DNA of 64,000 nucleotides from a bacterium (GTDB lineage: Bacteria > SAR324 > NAC60-12), in the NCBI GenBank assembly GCA_965205865.1, contig CBDBHR010000029.1, forward strand, positions 288,001 to 352,000, given 5' to 3'. The position numbers were made by a program, and so were the translations under genes. Below the pieces are notes generated by a model that was given only the letters and a program-made list of their open reading frames with translations, did not search any database and was not told the DNA's origin. Shown here in pieces: positions 9,501 through 18,565 of the stretch. Positions within the stretch are counted from its first letter, which is position 1. Each line of letters starts with the position of its first letter.

Positions 9501-10798
9501 TGACCACCAACCGAAATCCGCTGTTTCTACCTGCCCTACGCGCAAAAATGGGGGATTGGATCTACTACATAGCTTTCATTAGTATGAAGGAAGTCGCCTC
9601 CCGAGTCAGCGTCGTCGATGATATCCATACAAGTACGTCACTCAAGGAAATGCTACAGAGAATGCTCACGAATGATTCTAAAAAGATTACCGAGTATTTG
9701 CTTGGCCAAGAACAGAGGTTTTTCAATGCGATCGTAATTGGCAGTTACAGCGGCAGTCCGAACTGGCACGACCTGTCCGTCAAGGGAAGAGAGGGAGTTG
9801 CCGACGTTCCGGTACACCCTGAAGGCTCCATAGGCTTTCTCGAACTCAGTGGGGACGAAACGTTGTTCGCGATTGACGGACAGCATCGTGTACAGGGGAT
9901 AAAGGAAGCCGTAGTGCAAAACAGCTCACTCGAAGAAGAAGAGGTGTGCGCAATCTTTGTTAAAGGAGTCACGGCCAGTGAACGCGATAAGGACCCTGAC
10001 GGCTTTGAGCGCACACGGCGCCTTTTTTCGACACTGAACCGGTATGCCAGGCCTGTAAATAAGCGGGATATCATCGCGCTCGACGAAGACGATGTCGTTG
10101 CTGTTGTCACGCGGAGGCTCTTGGAAGAGCATCCCCTGTTACGCAACAAGGTAGACACGGGTCCGAAGAACTCCATCAAGGCCGATGACCGTACCAATTT
10201 GACAACAATTGCAACGTTGTATGACACGATGGACGTTGTCTTGCGCGATCGAAAAAACGGTTGGAACGACTACAAACGTTGGCGTCCGCCTGATGAAGAA
10301 GTCGACGAATTTTACTCGAAGGCCGTGCAGTTTTGGGATGGCTTGAGTAGTCAGGCTCCACCGCTTAAGGAATTACAGGAAAGCTCCGCAGAAGAAGAAA
10401 TTGCGGGCAAGTACCGGGGCTCCTATGGCGGGCATTTACTGTTTCGACCGGTCGGTCTGCTTATGGTCACCCGCGTTGCTATGGACCTTCGTTCCAGTAT
10501 GGACCTGAACGATAACTCTGCTTTGGAACGGATTTGTCACACTCCCACTGAATTATCGGAATATCCATGGACAGGTCTGCTTTGGGACTGCACCAACAAG
10601 CGGATGATAACTGCGAAAGAGAATCAGAAAGTCGCCCGCCGATTGCTCTTCAACGCACTGGGAGGTGACCTGACCAAATATCCTTACAGAACAACAGCGG
10701 AAGATTTGAGAAAGGAACTCGCAGGGATAATGAATCGGGAATTGAGTGATGTCAATCTACCCAGCTACCAACTAAGCATGAAAGACGACATCAAGTAA
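9500..10798 (+). CDS. DndB-like DGQHR domain (ParB-like NTPase) protein
   Basis: PALRAKMGDWIYY, LQR, RFFNAIVIG, LFAIDGQHR and LFSTLNRYARPV motifs; TGATG overlap with the upstream gene. Confidence 0.85.
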   Translation: MTTNRNPLFLPALRAKMGDWIYYIAFISMKEVASRVSVVDDIHTSTSLKEMLQRMLTNDSKKITEYLLGQEQRFFNAIVIGSYSGSPNWHDLSVKGREGVADVPVHPEGSIGFLELSGDETLFAIDGQHRVQGIKEAVVQNSSLEEEEVCAIFVKGVTASERDKDPDGFERTRRLFSTLNRYARPVNKRDIIALDEDDVVAVVTRRLLEEHPLLRNKVDTGPKNSIKADDRTNLTTIATLYDTMDVVLRDRKNGWNDYKRWRPPDEEVDEFYSKAVQFWDGLSSQAPPLKELQESSAEEEIAGKYRGSYGGHLLFRPVGLLMVTRVAMDLRSSMDLNDNSALERICHTPTELSEYPWTGLLWDCTNKRMITAKENQKVARRLLFNALGGDLTKYPYRTTAEDLRKELAGIMNRELSDVNLPSYQLSMKDDIK

Positions 10799-10824
10799 CC
10801 CGCCGAGTTCGCTGTATCGCTATC

Positions 10825-11667
10825 CTACGCATCCAGCGCCGCGACTAGTTCCTGCGTATCAAAGTTGAGGAGGAATTGCGCGTAGAACGTTTGGAAAAGA
10901 TCGGCGATATACTCCGTTATCTCAACGTTACATTCCCCCTCAGGTTCACGCTCCCCCTTGATACTGTATTGGAAAGAAGGAATTTGTTGGTCAACAATCA
11001 GGTATTCGTACCAAGTCGCTTTCTTCCTTTTTTCTTCATCATGCGTAAGGGAGTGGCGACGAATCAAGGTGTATCCGAAAGACGCGCTATTCTCGAACCG
11101 CTTGGAACCGATAAGTTGGTATCGTTTCTTACCACAGAACGCCACCGCACCGGCTCCACCCATGTTGTATTTGCCATGAACGAAGTGAATCTCGTTTTTG
11201 TTGCCGTGCAAGATTGAGAGAAACGTCTTCTCGAAGTCCTCGGGTGACTGTCCTTCTCCGTCGTCATAGACTATCAATGAGGTGTTCATTTTTGGTCCGT
11301 CTGCCAGAATCTGCAGTCGCTCAGCTTGAACTCTCCGCATCGTTCCCAAGTCCCAGTTTTTATTGTCCGGGAAAAAGCGACCAACGGCAGTCTCGATCGA
11401 TCTCGGAGCTTCTTCGGACCGAGGGTCGGTACCCTCTTCGAGACACCTGCGCATGAGAATAGCGTCGATACCGTTGGTGATCTTTTCAATCAGTGCAGGA
11501 ATCGGAGAGGCCTGCTGGTTTTCAACCACGCTGAAGTTGCTCTCGTTCTGCCCATAGGGTCGCCAGTTCGATGAACTGTTCAGGAGTAAATAACGTTCAA
11601 GGATCTTTTCGACTTCTGCTTCCACGGGTGCTCTGTAAAGATCCCAGAAAAGTTGTTCGATGTTCAT
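10825..11667 (-). pseudogene. Probably truncated GHKL (MORC-like) ATPase
   Basis: EKITNGIDA, YDDGEGQ and GKYNMGG are GHKL motifs. At 280 aa it has little sequence beyond the ATPase domain. Confidence 0.6.
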
Positions 11668-11864
11668 TTTACGACCCTACTTAACAAATGAGTACGCTTG
11701 TCCTGGCGATTCGGATTCTCGTCCAGGAAAACGAATCTAACAAAAAAACACATGAGACTGCAAGGCAAAATTTGTGAACGGAGGAGGCCAGCACTATTGC
11801 CGGTATCCACTGCCCCCAAAGGAAGAATTCGAGGGAAACGTACCTTGCATTCAGTCTTTTTTAT

Positions 11865-11880
11865 GGTCTGAATTCAGATC
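11865..11880. promoter_or_regulatory. Palindromic operator candidate of the TA locus
   Basis: GGTCTGAATTCAGATC with perfect 12-bp core TCTGAATTCAGA, 16 bp upstream of the antitoxin ATG and downstream of TTGCAT. Confidence 0.55.
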
Positions 11881-11896
11881 AATCTGGGGAAGGTTC

Positions 11897-12168
11897 ATGA
11901 AATTATCAAGTCAGATGAAGCCGATCAGTTATCTCAAAGCGCACGCCGCGAAAATCGTGCGCACGCTCTGTGAACAACATGAGCCCTTGATAATTACCCG
12001 GAACAGGGAAGCCAAGGTGGTCATTCAGGATATCGACGCCTACGAGCAAACGCAGGAGACAGTTGCGCTACTGAAGATTCTCGCGCTTGGCAGCCACCAA
12101 ATTGAAGTGAGTCACAACCGGCCGACAACGTCATCGCAAGACTCCGGCAGGGTCGCAGGACTTGCTGA
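11897..12168 (+). pseudogene. Phd/YefM antitoxin, frameshifted near 12110
   Basis: MKLSSQMKPISYLKAHAAKIV...PLIITRNREAKVVIQD. The natural tail QPADNVIARLRQGRRTC* is in another frame and ends in TGATG. Confidence 0.75.
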
Positions 12169-12275
12169 TGCCCTTCCTGGTTCAACTGACAGATGACGCG
12201 ACAGGCGACTTGGACGAAATCTACGATTTTATCGAACGCATCAATTCCGAAACCACGTTTGTATCTGTAAGGTAA
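12168..12275 (+). pseudogene. RelE/ParE toxin, N-terminal remnant
   Basis: MPFLVQLTDDATGDLDEIYDFIER followed by an early stop at 35 aa. Confidence 0.7.
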
Positions 12276-12343
12276 AAAGGCCTAATCCATGAGCGAAGCA
12301 GTGGTCTGCCGGACGAGATTGTCTTCGGTATAGGGTGAAAGGT

Positions 12344-13837
12344 TCATGGAGTCTTCTTCAAACGATTCTGCAACTCGCCACCTTTGTCCGTCAGCTGGTA
12401 TTTCTGCTTGCTGCTGGTCGGCTTGTCCGGGACCGTCATTTCCAGCCATCCGCTATCAAGCAGAGGTTGGAGGTAGTTTCCTCGGAAAGTCTTCCAGTGC
12501 TTCAAGCCTAGCAGGGCCATGATTTCCTTCGCCGGCCGGGGCACGCGGCAATACCAGACAACTTGCGCAGTAACTTGTGCGGTAACTTGTGTGGTCAGGT
12601 CCTCCAAGCTGTTCTCGAGTTGCTGCAGCATGCTGTTCGATAAGGCTTCAGAGTCTTCCTGAGATTTTCTTCCAGTTGGAGCGGTGCCCTGGTCCCGACT
12701 GAGTCCCGACTTGGTCCCGACTTGCGCAGTCTGTCTGGGAAACGTGGTTGTAACCCACGACTCCGACACCGCGATCACCGGCTCGGCGACCCCGTGCTCG
12801 CGGCACAGATCACGAATGCGCCGGATACCGGAACCAATTCTCTCGACCGCCTCCATCCGGTGCAGGATGCCAAACAACAGCGGGTTGCGTGGAATGCTCT
12901 TGAAACCAAGGTCCGCTTCAGTCATATCGGCGGGCAACCCACCCGGGCTGGTAATTTCAAGCCGGTCCGTGAAAAGGCATATCTGCGCATTCGCGGTGGA
13001 GCGGTAGTCACGATGGGCCAAGGCGTTGACGACCGCTTCGCGAATAGCTTCTTCCGGCAGTTCCGGCCACTCCTCCCGCCTCAGGCGCTTGATGATGTAC
13101 TCGACGTTGATCTTGGAGAGAATCCAGACCATCACCTCCTCCATCATCGAATAGACGTCGCCGTGGAAATCACGCCTATCGAGAATGCGCACCTTGTCGG
13201 TTCCCATAAACAGAGCGCAGGCAACATCGGCGCTAATATTGAACTTGCGGATGTCCCGGGCCAGCAACCAGGCGCCTGCATGTGTCATCCGGTCGTCCTC
13301 ACCGATCAGGTGCAGGTTGCGTAGTGCGATCGTCGGTTTCATCTCGGTGGGAATTTTGGCGCGGCGCTGAAACAGGGACCAGTTCTCTTCATTGAGGTCT
13401 ATCTCCAATGAAAATTTGTCGCACGCGGTTTCGTCGAAGTGGATCAGCCCTTCCGCGTAGAAGAACTCACGGATCTCCTCACGCGACATCTGCTGGCTGC
13501 TCGACCCCTCGCGGATGAAGAACTTGCCCCCGAACGAGTAGGGCTTGCTCTGCTGGGCCGGCACTCTCACGCAGAGCACTCCATCAATGCTTTCGATCTC
13601 CACCGCGATTGGAGGATCGGCGGAACGGGCGATGGACTGCACCTCGGATTTCAACCGATTATGGTTGGCAACCCCGCATACCTGTCCGTCATCCGTCACG
13701 CCAAGCAGAATCGTCCCCCCCGTGGCGTTGGCAAAGGCGCATATCTCACGCCCGAGCCCGGACGTACCGGAGCGCTTGAAATCCGTCGTGAAACCTTCGC
13801 CGAGGGAGAGGAGGTCGGAGAGTGTCTTTTTGTTCAT
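12344..13837 (-). CDS. AlbA_2 (Schlafen-like) + HATPase_c_4 + C-terminal HTH protein
   Basis: GEGFTTDFK, ICAFANATGGTILLGV, REAVVNALAHRDY, LEITSPGGL, RNPLL, ERIGSGI and PDKPTSSKQKY motifs. Confidence 0.85.
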   Translation of the reverse strand: MNKKTLSDLLSLGEGFTTDFKRSGTSGLGREICAFANATGGTILLGVTDDGQVCGVANHNRLKSEVQSIARSADPPIAVEIESIDGVLCVRVPAQQSKPYSFGGKFFIREGSSSQQMSREEIREFFYAEGLIHFDETACDKFSLEIDLNEENWSLFQRRAKIPTEMKPTIALRNLHLIGEDDRMTHAGAWLLARDIRKFNISADVACALFMGTDKVRILDRRDFHGDVYSMMEEVMVWILSKINVEYIIKRLRREEWPELPEEAIREAVVNALAHRDYRSTANAQICLFTDRLEITSPGGLPADMTEADLGFKSIPRNPLLFGILHRMEAVERIGSGIRRIRDLCREHGVAEPVIAVSESWVTTTFPRQTAQVGTKSGLSRDQGTAPTGRKSQEDSEALSNSMLQQLENSLEDLTTQVTAQVTAQVVWYCRVPRPAKEIMALLGLKHWKTFRGNYLQPLLDSGWLEMTVPDKPTSSKQKYQLTDKGGELQNRLKKTP

Positions 13838-13884
13838 ACTGCTATTTATCTTCTCATCTACCAATTCAGAATTCATTTTGCTCT

Positions 13885-14220
13885 TCAAGAAAAACGGAGT
13901 GGATATTTACCAATCTCCACAAGAATTTCCGGTTTCCCGATCTTTTGCGCAAAGATGTTACAAGTTGTCGCTTCCTTGACAGACCGCATAGTGGTTCGAC
14001 CAAGCTTGCTTATACTATTCAGATTCTTTCGTGCCGCTTCAAATCCATTGATAACCATCAACTTTATGCAGTACTCGGTCGCCTTGTCTGTGTCCAACCC
14101 CGATTGCTCGAGCTTCTCCTTGGAAGGGATGTAGAAAATCTCCACACAATTCGGTTGGCACTTCTTCAAGACGAGCTTGCCGTGACGATATTCATCGATA
14201 TTTTCGTATATGCGAGCCAT
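13885..14220 (-). pseudogene. Hypothetical fragment, possibly an internally deleted N-terminus of a Shedu (DUF4263)-type protein
   Basis: 111 aa next to ISAzo13. Resemblance is from memory only; no nuclease domain is present. Confidence 0.3.
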
Positions 14221-14254
14221 AAATGTTTACTACCTATTATTCGACCATTGCTTA

Positions 14255-15541
14255 GGGCTTGTTACAAAATAAGTTGAACATCTTTGAGTTTCATATAGGG
14301 TGAATGGTGTAGTTCCATTGAGGAAACTTTTTTGCAAATTTTAGATTTATGTTATCAAATTCTTCGTCGGATACTTTCACACCAGTTTTGTATTGCTTGC
14401 GATCAAGTCGAGCCTTGATATTTAGACCGTTTTTGGTCGTAGTCGAGGCGATCAATCTCACCACGGACTCATAGTTTTCTAGTGGCCTGCCTTTCCAATT
14501 CATGCTGATGAATGAAAACATACGATGCTCAATCTTGTTCCACTTGCTTGTCCCTAGTGGATAATGCGCGACTGTAATTGGTATCCCAAGCTTGTTTGCT
14601 AATTCTTGTAAGTAAAACTTCCATGCCCGAGCTCTACTGCCATTGCTCCCTCCGCCATCGGCACACACAAGAATCTCAGTTGCGTTGGGATAGCGCTTTT
14701 TTCCAAAGTGTCTCCACCACTGCCAAAGGCTATTGACAGCAAACTCAGAGGTATCTGAGGACATGCCAACGTTTACAAAACCTTCGTTGCGATTTATGTC
14801 ATATGTCCCATAAGGTATCGCCTTCCCCTCTCCGTAAGATTTGAAATCATGATCAAGAACTTTCTTGTCTTCCTTTGACCACACTCGACCCTCATTCTTG
14901 AAATTTCCGACAAGCTCCTTTTTTTTCGTATCAACCGATACCACTGGATTTCCGTATCTTGAAAACCGATGGACGGATCGATTAATGTGTCTGAATTGCT
15001 TGTCGCGGTTTGGGTGATTTATTCCTGAAAGCATCTTTTTGTTCGATCTCAGGGAATAGCCAAGCTCCTTTAAAAGCCTCATTACCGTGACATAAGATAC
15101 ATCAAATCCGGATTTTCTTAGCTGATCTGCGATAGATCTGGTCGATTTGCATGTCCACCGTAAGCGGCTCATCGGATCTCCTGCAGAAGACTCTTCAAGA
15201 ATGCCCTCAATTGCTTTGAGCAGCTCAGGACTCTTGTGCGTCAAGTACTTTCGTCCTCCACCCTCACGACGGAGACGATCGCTGTCAAGTGATAACGATC
15301 CGTCTTCTTCTAAATCACGGAGGCCCTGAGTTACCGTCGTTCTGGATAGTCCGGTCGTGCGACTTACTTGTGAAACACCTCCGTAGCCAAGCTCTTTTGC
15401 TTTTACTGCTGCAAACCACCTTTTCTGTGGCTCGTTGAGGTAGCCGAACGCCTTAATCCACTCTTTACTGATCTCATGGTTAGTCATGAAATCAGTAGAT
15501 CACAAAAGATCTAGTTGTTCAACTTATTTTGTAACAAGCCC
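14255..15541 (-). mobile_element. ISAzo13 family insertion sequence, complete
   Basis: Perfect 26-bp IRs GGGCTTGTTACAAAATAAGTTGAACA (14255-14280, 15516-15541), with TTA duplicated on both sides. Confidence 0.93.
14291..15487 (-). CDS. ISAzo13 family transposase
   Basis: GDPMSRLRWT, HPNRDKQF, SVDTKKKELVG, ADGGGSN and TSKWNKIEHRMFS motifs. Confidence 0.93.
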   Translation of the reverse strand: MTNHEISKEWIKAFGYLNEPQKRWFAAVKAKELGYGGVSQVSRTTGLSRTTVTQGLRDLEEDGSLSLDSDRLRREGGGRKYLTHKSPELLKAIEGILEESSAGDPMSRLRWTCKSTRSIADQLRKSGFDVSYVTVMRLLKELGYSLRSNKKMLSGINHPNRDKQFRHINRSVHRFSRYGNPVVSVDTKKKELVGNFKNEGRVWSKEDKKVLDHDFKSYGEGKAIPYGTYDINRNEGFVNVGMSSDTSEFAVNSLWQWWRHFGKKRYPNATEILVCADGGGSNGSRARAWKFYLQELANKLGIPITVAHYPLGTSKWNKIEHRMFSFISMNWKGRPLENYESVVRLIASTTTKNGLNIKARLDRKQYKTGVKVSDEEFDNINLKFAKKFPQWNYTIHPI

Positions 15542-15586
15542 TTAGGAACAAACCTTAAATAACCTGTAATTCTTCCAATGGTGTGA

Positions 15587-15660
15587 GCAAAATTGGGGGA
15601 CATGTACAGCGGCATCCCAACTCTACTGTTTTCCTGCTGTTACCTGTCCCCTAATTTTGC
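15587..15660. repeat. Imperfect inverted repeat of about 24 bp (REP-like hairpin)
   Basis: GCAAAATTGGGGGACATGTACAGC versus GCTGTTACCTGTCCCCTAATTTTGC, 25-nt spacer. Confidence 0.7.
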
Positions 15661-15672
15661 GTATCCATACTT

Positions 15673-15866
15673 CTCGACTTTGAACATTTTATTCAACTTT
15701 TGGGTTTAATAAAATCAATGTCTTACGAATCTGTATTGGAATTAATACAGGTCGTATCATCAAAAATGTAAAACAGTAACCTGTATTAATTTTTAACAGA
15801 ATTTCAACTAATTGATATTATTGAATAATGAAAATTAAAAGAATAAATCGAATGTCCAAAGTCCAG
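15673..15866. mobile_element. Putative 194-bp MITE
   Basis: Terminal IRs CTCGACTTTGAACATT / AATGTCCAAAGTCCAG (14/16), flanking direct repeat CATACTT, internal perfect IR AATTAATACAGGT / ACCTGTATTAATT, no ORF. Confidence 0.65.
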
Positions 15867-15899
15867 CATACTTCTAACTTATTTAAATTTCATTCCTTA

Positions 15900-17078
15900 G
15901 TGTATTGCCTGTTTAATACATTGTATTATTGGTCATTTGGTAGACAGGTTTGAGTTTGTTGATAATTTCTTCGGCAGTTTTAGTCCAGACATAGGGTTTT
16001 GGGTTGCGATTGTGTGTCTCGATGTAACTATGGATGGCTTCGGTCAACTCGAGCACGCTTTTGAAGGCGCCTCGTCGAATCCGTTCTGCAGTGATCTTGC
16101 CAAAAAAGCGTTCCACCATGTTCAGCCATGAGGAGGAAGTAGGAATGAAATGCGGGTGAAATCGCGGGTGTTTTTTGAGCCATTCTTTCACCTTAAGATG
16201 TTTGTGGGTGGCGTAATTGTCCAGGATCAAGTGTACCTGCAGTTGCTTCGAGGTAGTCTTGTCAATAAGACGCAGGAAGCGCAGATACTCTTGGTGTCGG
16301 TGCCGTTTTTCACAGCGAGCGAGCACTTCCCCTGTCTGCGTATTCAAAGCAGTAAACAGACAGCAGGTGCCATGACGGATATAATCATGAGTTCTGGTGC
16401 CATTGCGCCCTGGTTTCAGTGGCAGACCTGGCTGGGTGCGATCGAGTGCCTGGATTTGTGATTTCTCATCGACGCTCAAGACCAGCGCTTTCTCAGGAGG
16501 ATTCATGTACAAACCGATGACATCTTTCAGTTTCGCAGTGAAATGCTTATCATGCGACAACTTAAATGTTTTTTCCAGATGAGGCTTGAGGCGATGGGCC
16601 TTCCATACTTTACCGACGGTTGTCTTGCCTACGCCAACTGCCTTGGCCATCGATCGCGTGCTCCAATGGGTACGGTCCTCAGGCTTCTCTTCAATGGTTT
16701 TCTTCACAATCTCCTCGATTTTATCCGCTCCATAAATGCGTGTCCTGCCAGGCCGCGGATCATCATTGAGACCTGTTATTCCTTTTTCAACAAAGCGCCG
16801 TCGCCACTTTCCAACGGCATTACCGCTGGTTCCAAGCGTTTTGGCAATTTCTTGATTCTTAAGGCCATCAGCAGCCAACAGGATGATGCGCGCACGACGA
16901 GTGTCTCGCATCGCTCCGGTATGACGGCGTGCGGTTTTGCCCAATTCATCCCGTTCTTCCCGGGTCAGTTTTATACTTGGTGCTTTTCTCATGCTGTCTC
17001 CATATATGCAAAAAAAAGGACAGCTCGTAGTATAGCAAACCAAGGATTTTTTTACACATTAATAAAAGAGCGACACAT
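15900..17078 (-). mobile_element. IS630 family insertion sequence
   Basis: Flanked by TA (15898-15899, 17079-17080) with imperfect terminal IRs; encloses the transposase. Confidence 0.75.
15913..16992 (-). CDS. IS630 family transposase
   Basis: VDEKSQIQALDR, THDYIRHGT, LDNYATHK and PTSSSWLNMVERFF motifs. Confidence 0.93.
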   Translation of the reverse strand: MRKAPSIKLTREERDELGKTARRHTGAMRDTRRARIILLAADGLKNQEIAKTLGTSGNAVGKWRRRFVEKGITGLNDDPRPGRTRIYGADKIEEIVKKTIEEKPEDRTHWSTRSMAKAVGVGKTTVGKVWKAHRLKPHLEKTFKLSHDKHFTAKLKDVIGLYMNPPEKALVLSVDEKSQIQALDRTQPGLPLKPGRNGTRTHDYIRHGTCCLFTALNTQTGEVLARCEKRHRHQEYLRFLRLIDKTTSKQLQVHLILDNYATHKHLKVKEWLKKHPRFHPHFIPTSSSWLNMVERFFGKITAERIRRGAFKSVLELTEAIHSYIETHNRNPKPYVWTKTAEEIINKLKPVYQMTNNTMY

Positions 17079-18565
17079 TAGCGTGTCCCCAATCCGGCGA
17101 GAACCTCACGGAAGCTGTTGAGTCCGGCTTCGAGGTTTTCGATTATCTCTTCGGCGAGGTCTTCAGGTTCGGGCAGGTTGTCCAGGTCCGTCAGGCTCTT
17201 GTCTTTGAGCCAGAAGATGTCGAGGCTGGTTTTGTCCCGCGCCTTGATCTCGTCATAGCTGTAGCTGCGCCAACGTCCTTCCGGAGTGTTCCGCTCATCC
17301 CACGTCGCCTTACGTTTGTAACGGTTTTGCGGGTTATAGCAATTGACAAAGTCCGTCATATCCTCGAAACGCATCGGCTTTTTCTTGAGCGTGTGGTGAA
17401 TATTGGTGCGGTAGTCGTAATACCAGACCTGCTTGCTCCAGGGATACGGACTGGCTTCGCGATTATCGAAAAAGATTACGTTGGCTTTGACTCCTTGCGC
17501 GTAGAAAACGCCGGTCGGCAATCGCAGGATGGTGTGCAGGTCTGTACTGTCCAGCAGCTTTTTACGGATCGTCTCACCAGCGCCACCTTCGAATAGCACG
17601 TTATCCGGTACAACAACGGCAGCGCGTCCGGTGGTTTTCAGCATCGTGCGAATATGCTGAACGAAATTGAGTTGCTTGTTCGAGGTGGTCGCCCAGAAGT
17701 CCTGCCGGTTGTAGGTCAGGTCGTCGGTTTCATGTTCACCCTTCTCGTTCGTGAAGTTCATGGAACTCTTCTTACCAAAAGGCGGATTAGCGAGCACATA
17801 GTCAAAGCGCTTACCGGCATCAGCTACGAGCGAATCATTAGGCGATATGGAAACGCCCCCGTCGATCTCACCGATGTTGTGCAAAAACATGTTCATCAGG
17901 CACAAGCGGCGCGTGTTGGCGACGATTTCGCTGCCGTGAAACGCTTTGTGCTTCAGGAACGTCTTTTGACTCTTATCGAGACTGAAGTTGACCGGGTTGG
18001 TGATGAAGTCGTAAGCAGCCAAAAAGAAACCGCCCGTTCCACAGGCCGGGTCGGCGATGAGGGTGCCCGGTTCGGGCCGTACGCATTCGACCATAGCGCG
18101 GATGAGGGCGCGCGGCGTGAAATACTGGCCCGCGCCCGACTTGGTATCTTCGGCGTTTTTCTCGAGAAGTCCTTCGTAGATGTCCCCCTTTACGTCGGCA
18201 CCCATGGTGACCCATTCGGTGTCGTCCACCATGTCGATGAGGCGAAACAGCTTTGCCGGGTCCTGGATTTTGTTCTGGGACTTGGTAAAGATCTGACCCA
18301 ACATGCCCGCCTTGCTCCCGAGCTCACGTAGCAATGTGACGTAATGGCCTTCGAGGTCTGCGCCTTTTTTAGACTTCAGGTTCTGCCAGTTGAATTCGAC
18401 CGGGATACCAACATCGCGGTTGTAGGGCGGTTTGGCATATTCATCCGCCATCTTGAGGAAAATCAGATAGGTGAGTTGCTCCAGGTAGTCGCCATAGCTC
18501 ACCCCGTCATCGCGCAGGGTGGTGCAGAAGCTCCAGACTCTGGAGACGATGGGGGCAGTGTTCAT
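17078..18565 (-). CDS. hsdM: Type I R-M methyltransferase
   Basis: GAGQYFTPR, DPACGTGGF and NPPF (m6A MTase) motifs. Confidence 0.95.
   Translation of the reverse strand: MNTAPIVSRVWSFCTTLRDDGVSYGDYLEQLTYLIFLKMADEYAKPPYNRDVGIPVEFNWQNLKSKKGADLEGHYVTLLRELGSKAGMLGQIFTKSQNKIQDPAKLFRLIDMVDDTEWVTMGADVKGDIYEGLLEKNAEDTKSGAGQYFTPRALIRAMVECVRPEPGTLIADPACGTGGFFLAAYDFITNPVNFSLDKSQKTFLKHKAFHGSEIVANTRRLCLMNMFLHNIGEIDGGVSISPNDSLVADAGKRFDYVLANPPFGKKSSMNFTNEKGEHETDDLTYNRQDFWATTSNKQLNFVQHIRTMLKTTGRAAVVVPDNVLFEGGAGETIRKKLLDSTDLHTILRLPTGVFYAQGVKANVIFFDNREASPYPWSKQVWYYDYRTNIHHTLKKKPMRFEDMTDFVNCYNPQNRYKRKATWDERNTPEGRWRSYSYDEIKARDKTSLDIFWLKDKSLTDLDNLPEPEDLAEEIIENLEAGLNSFREVLAGLGTR

Noticed and set aside
2522-10798. 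Canonical DndABCDE or BREX type 4 call
   Set aside because: No DndD/DndE, PglZ or BrxL recognised; the DUF4007 + ATPase + PAPS reductase set fits Ssp better.
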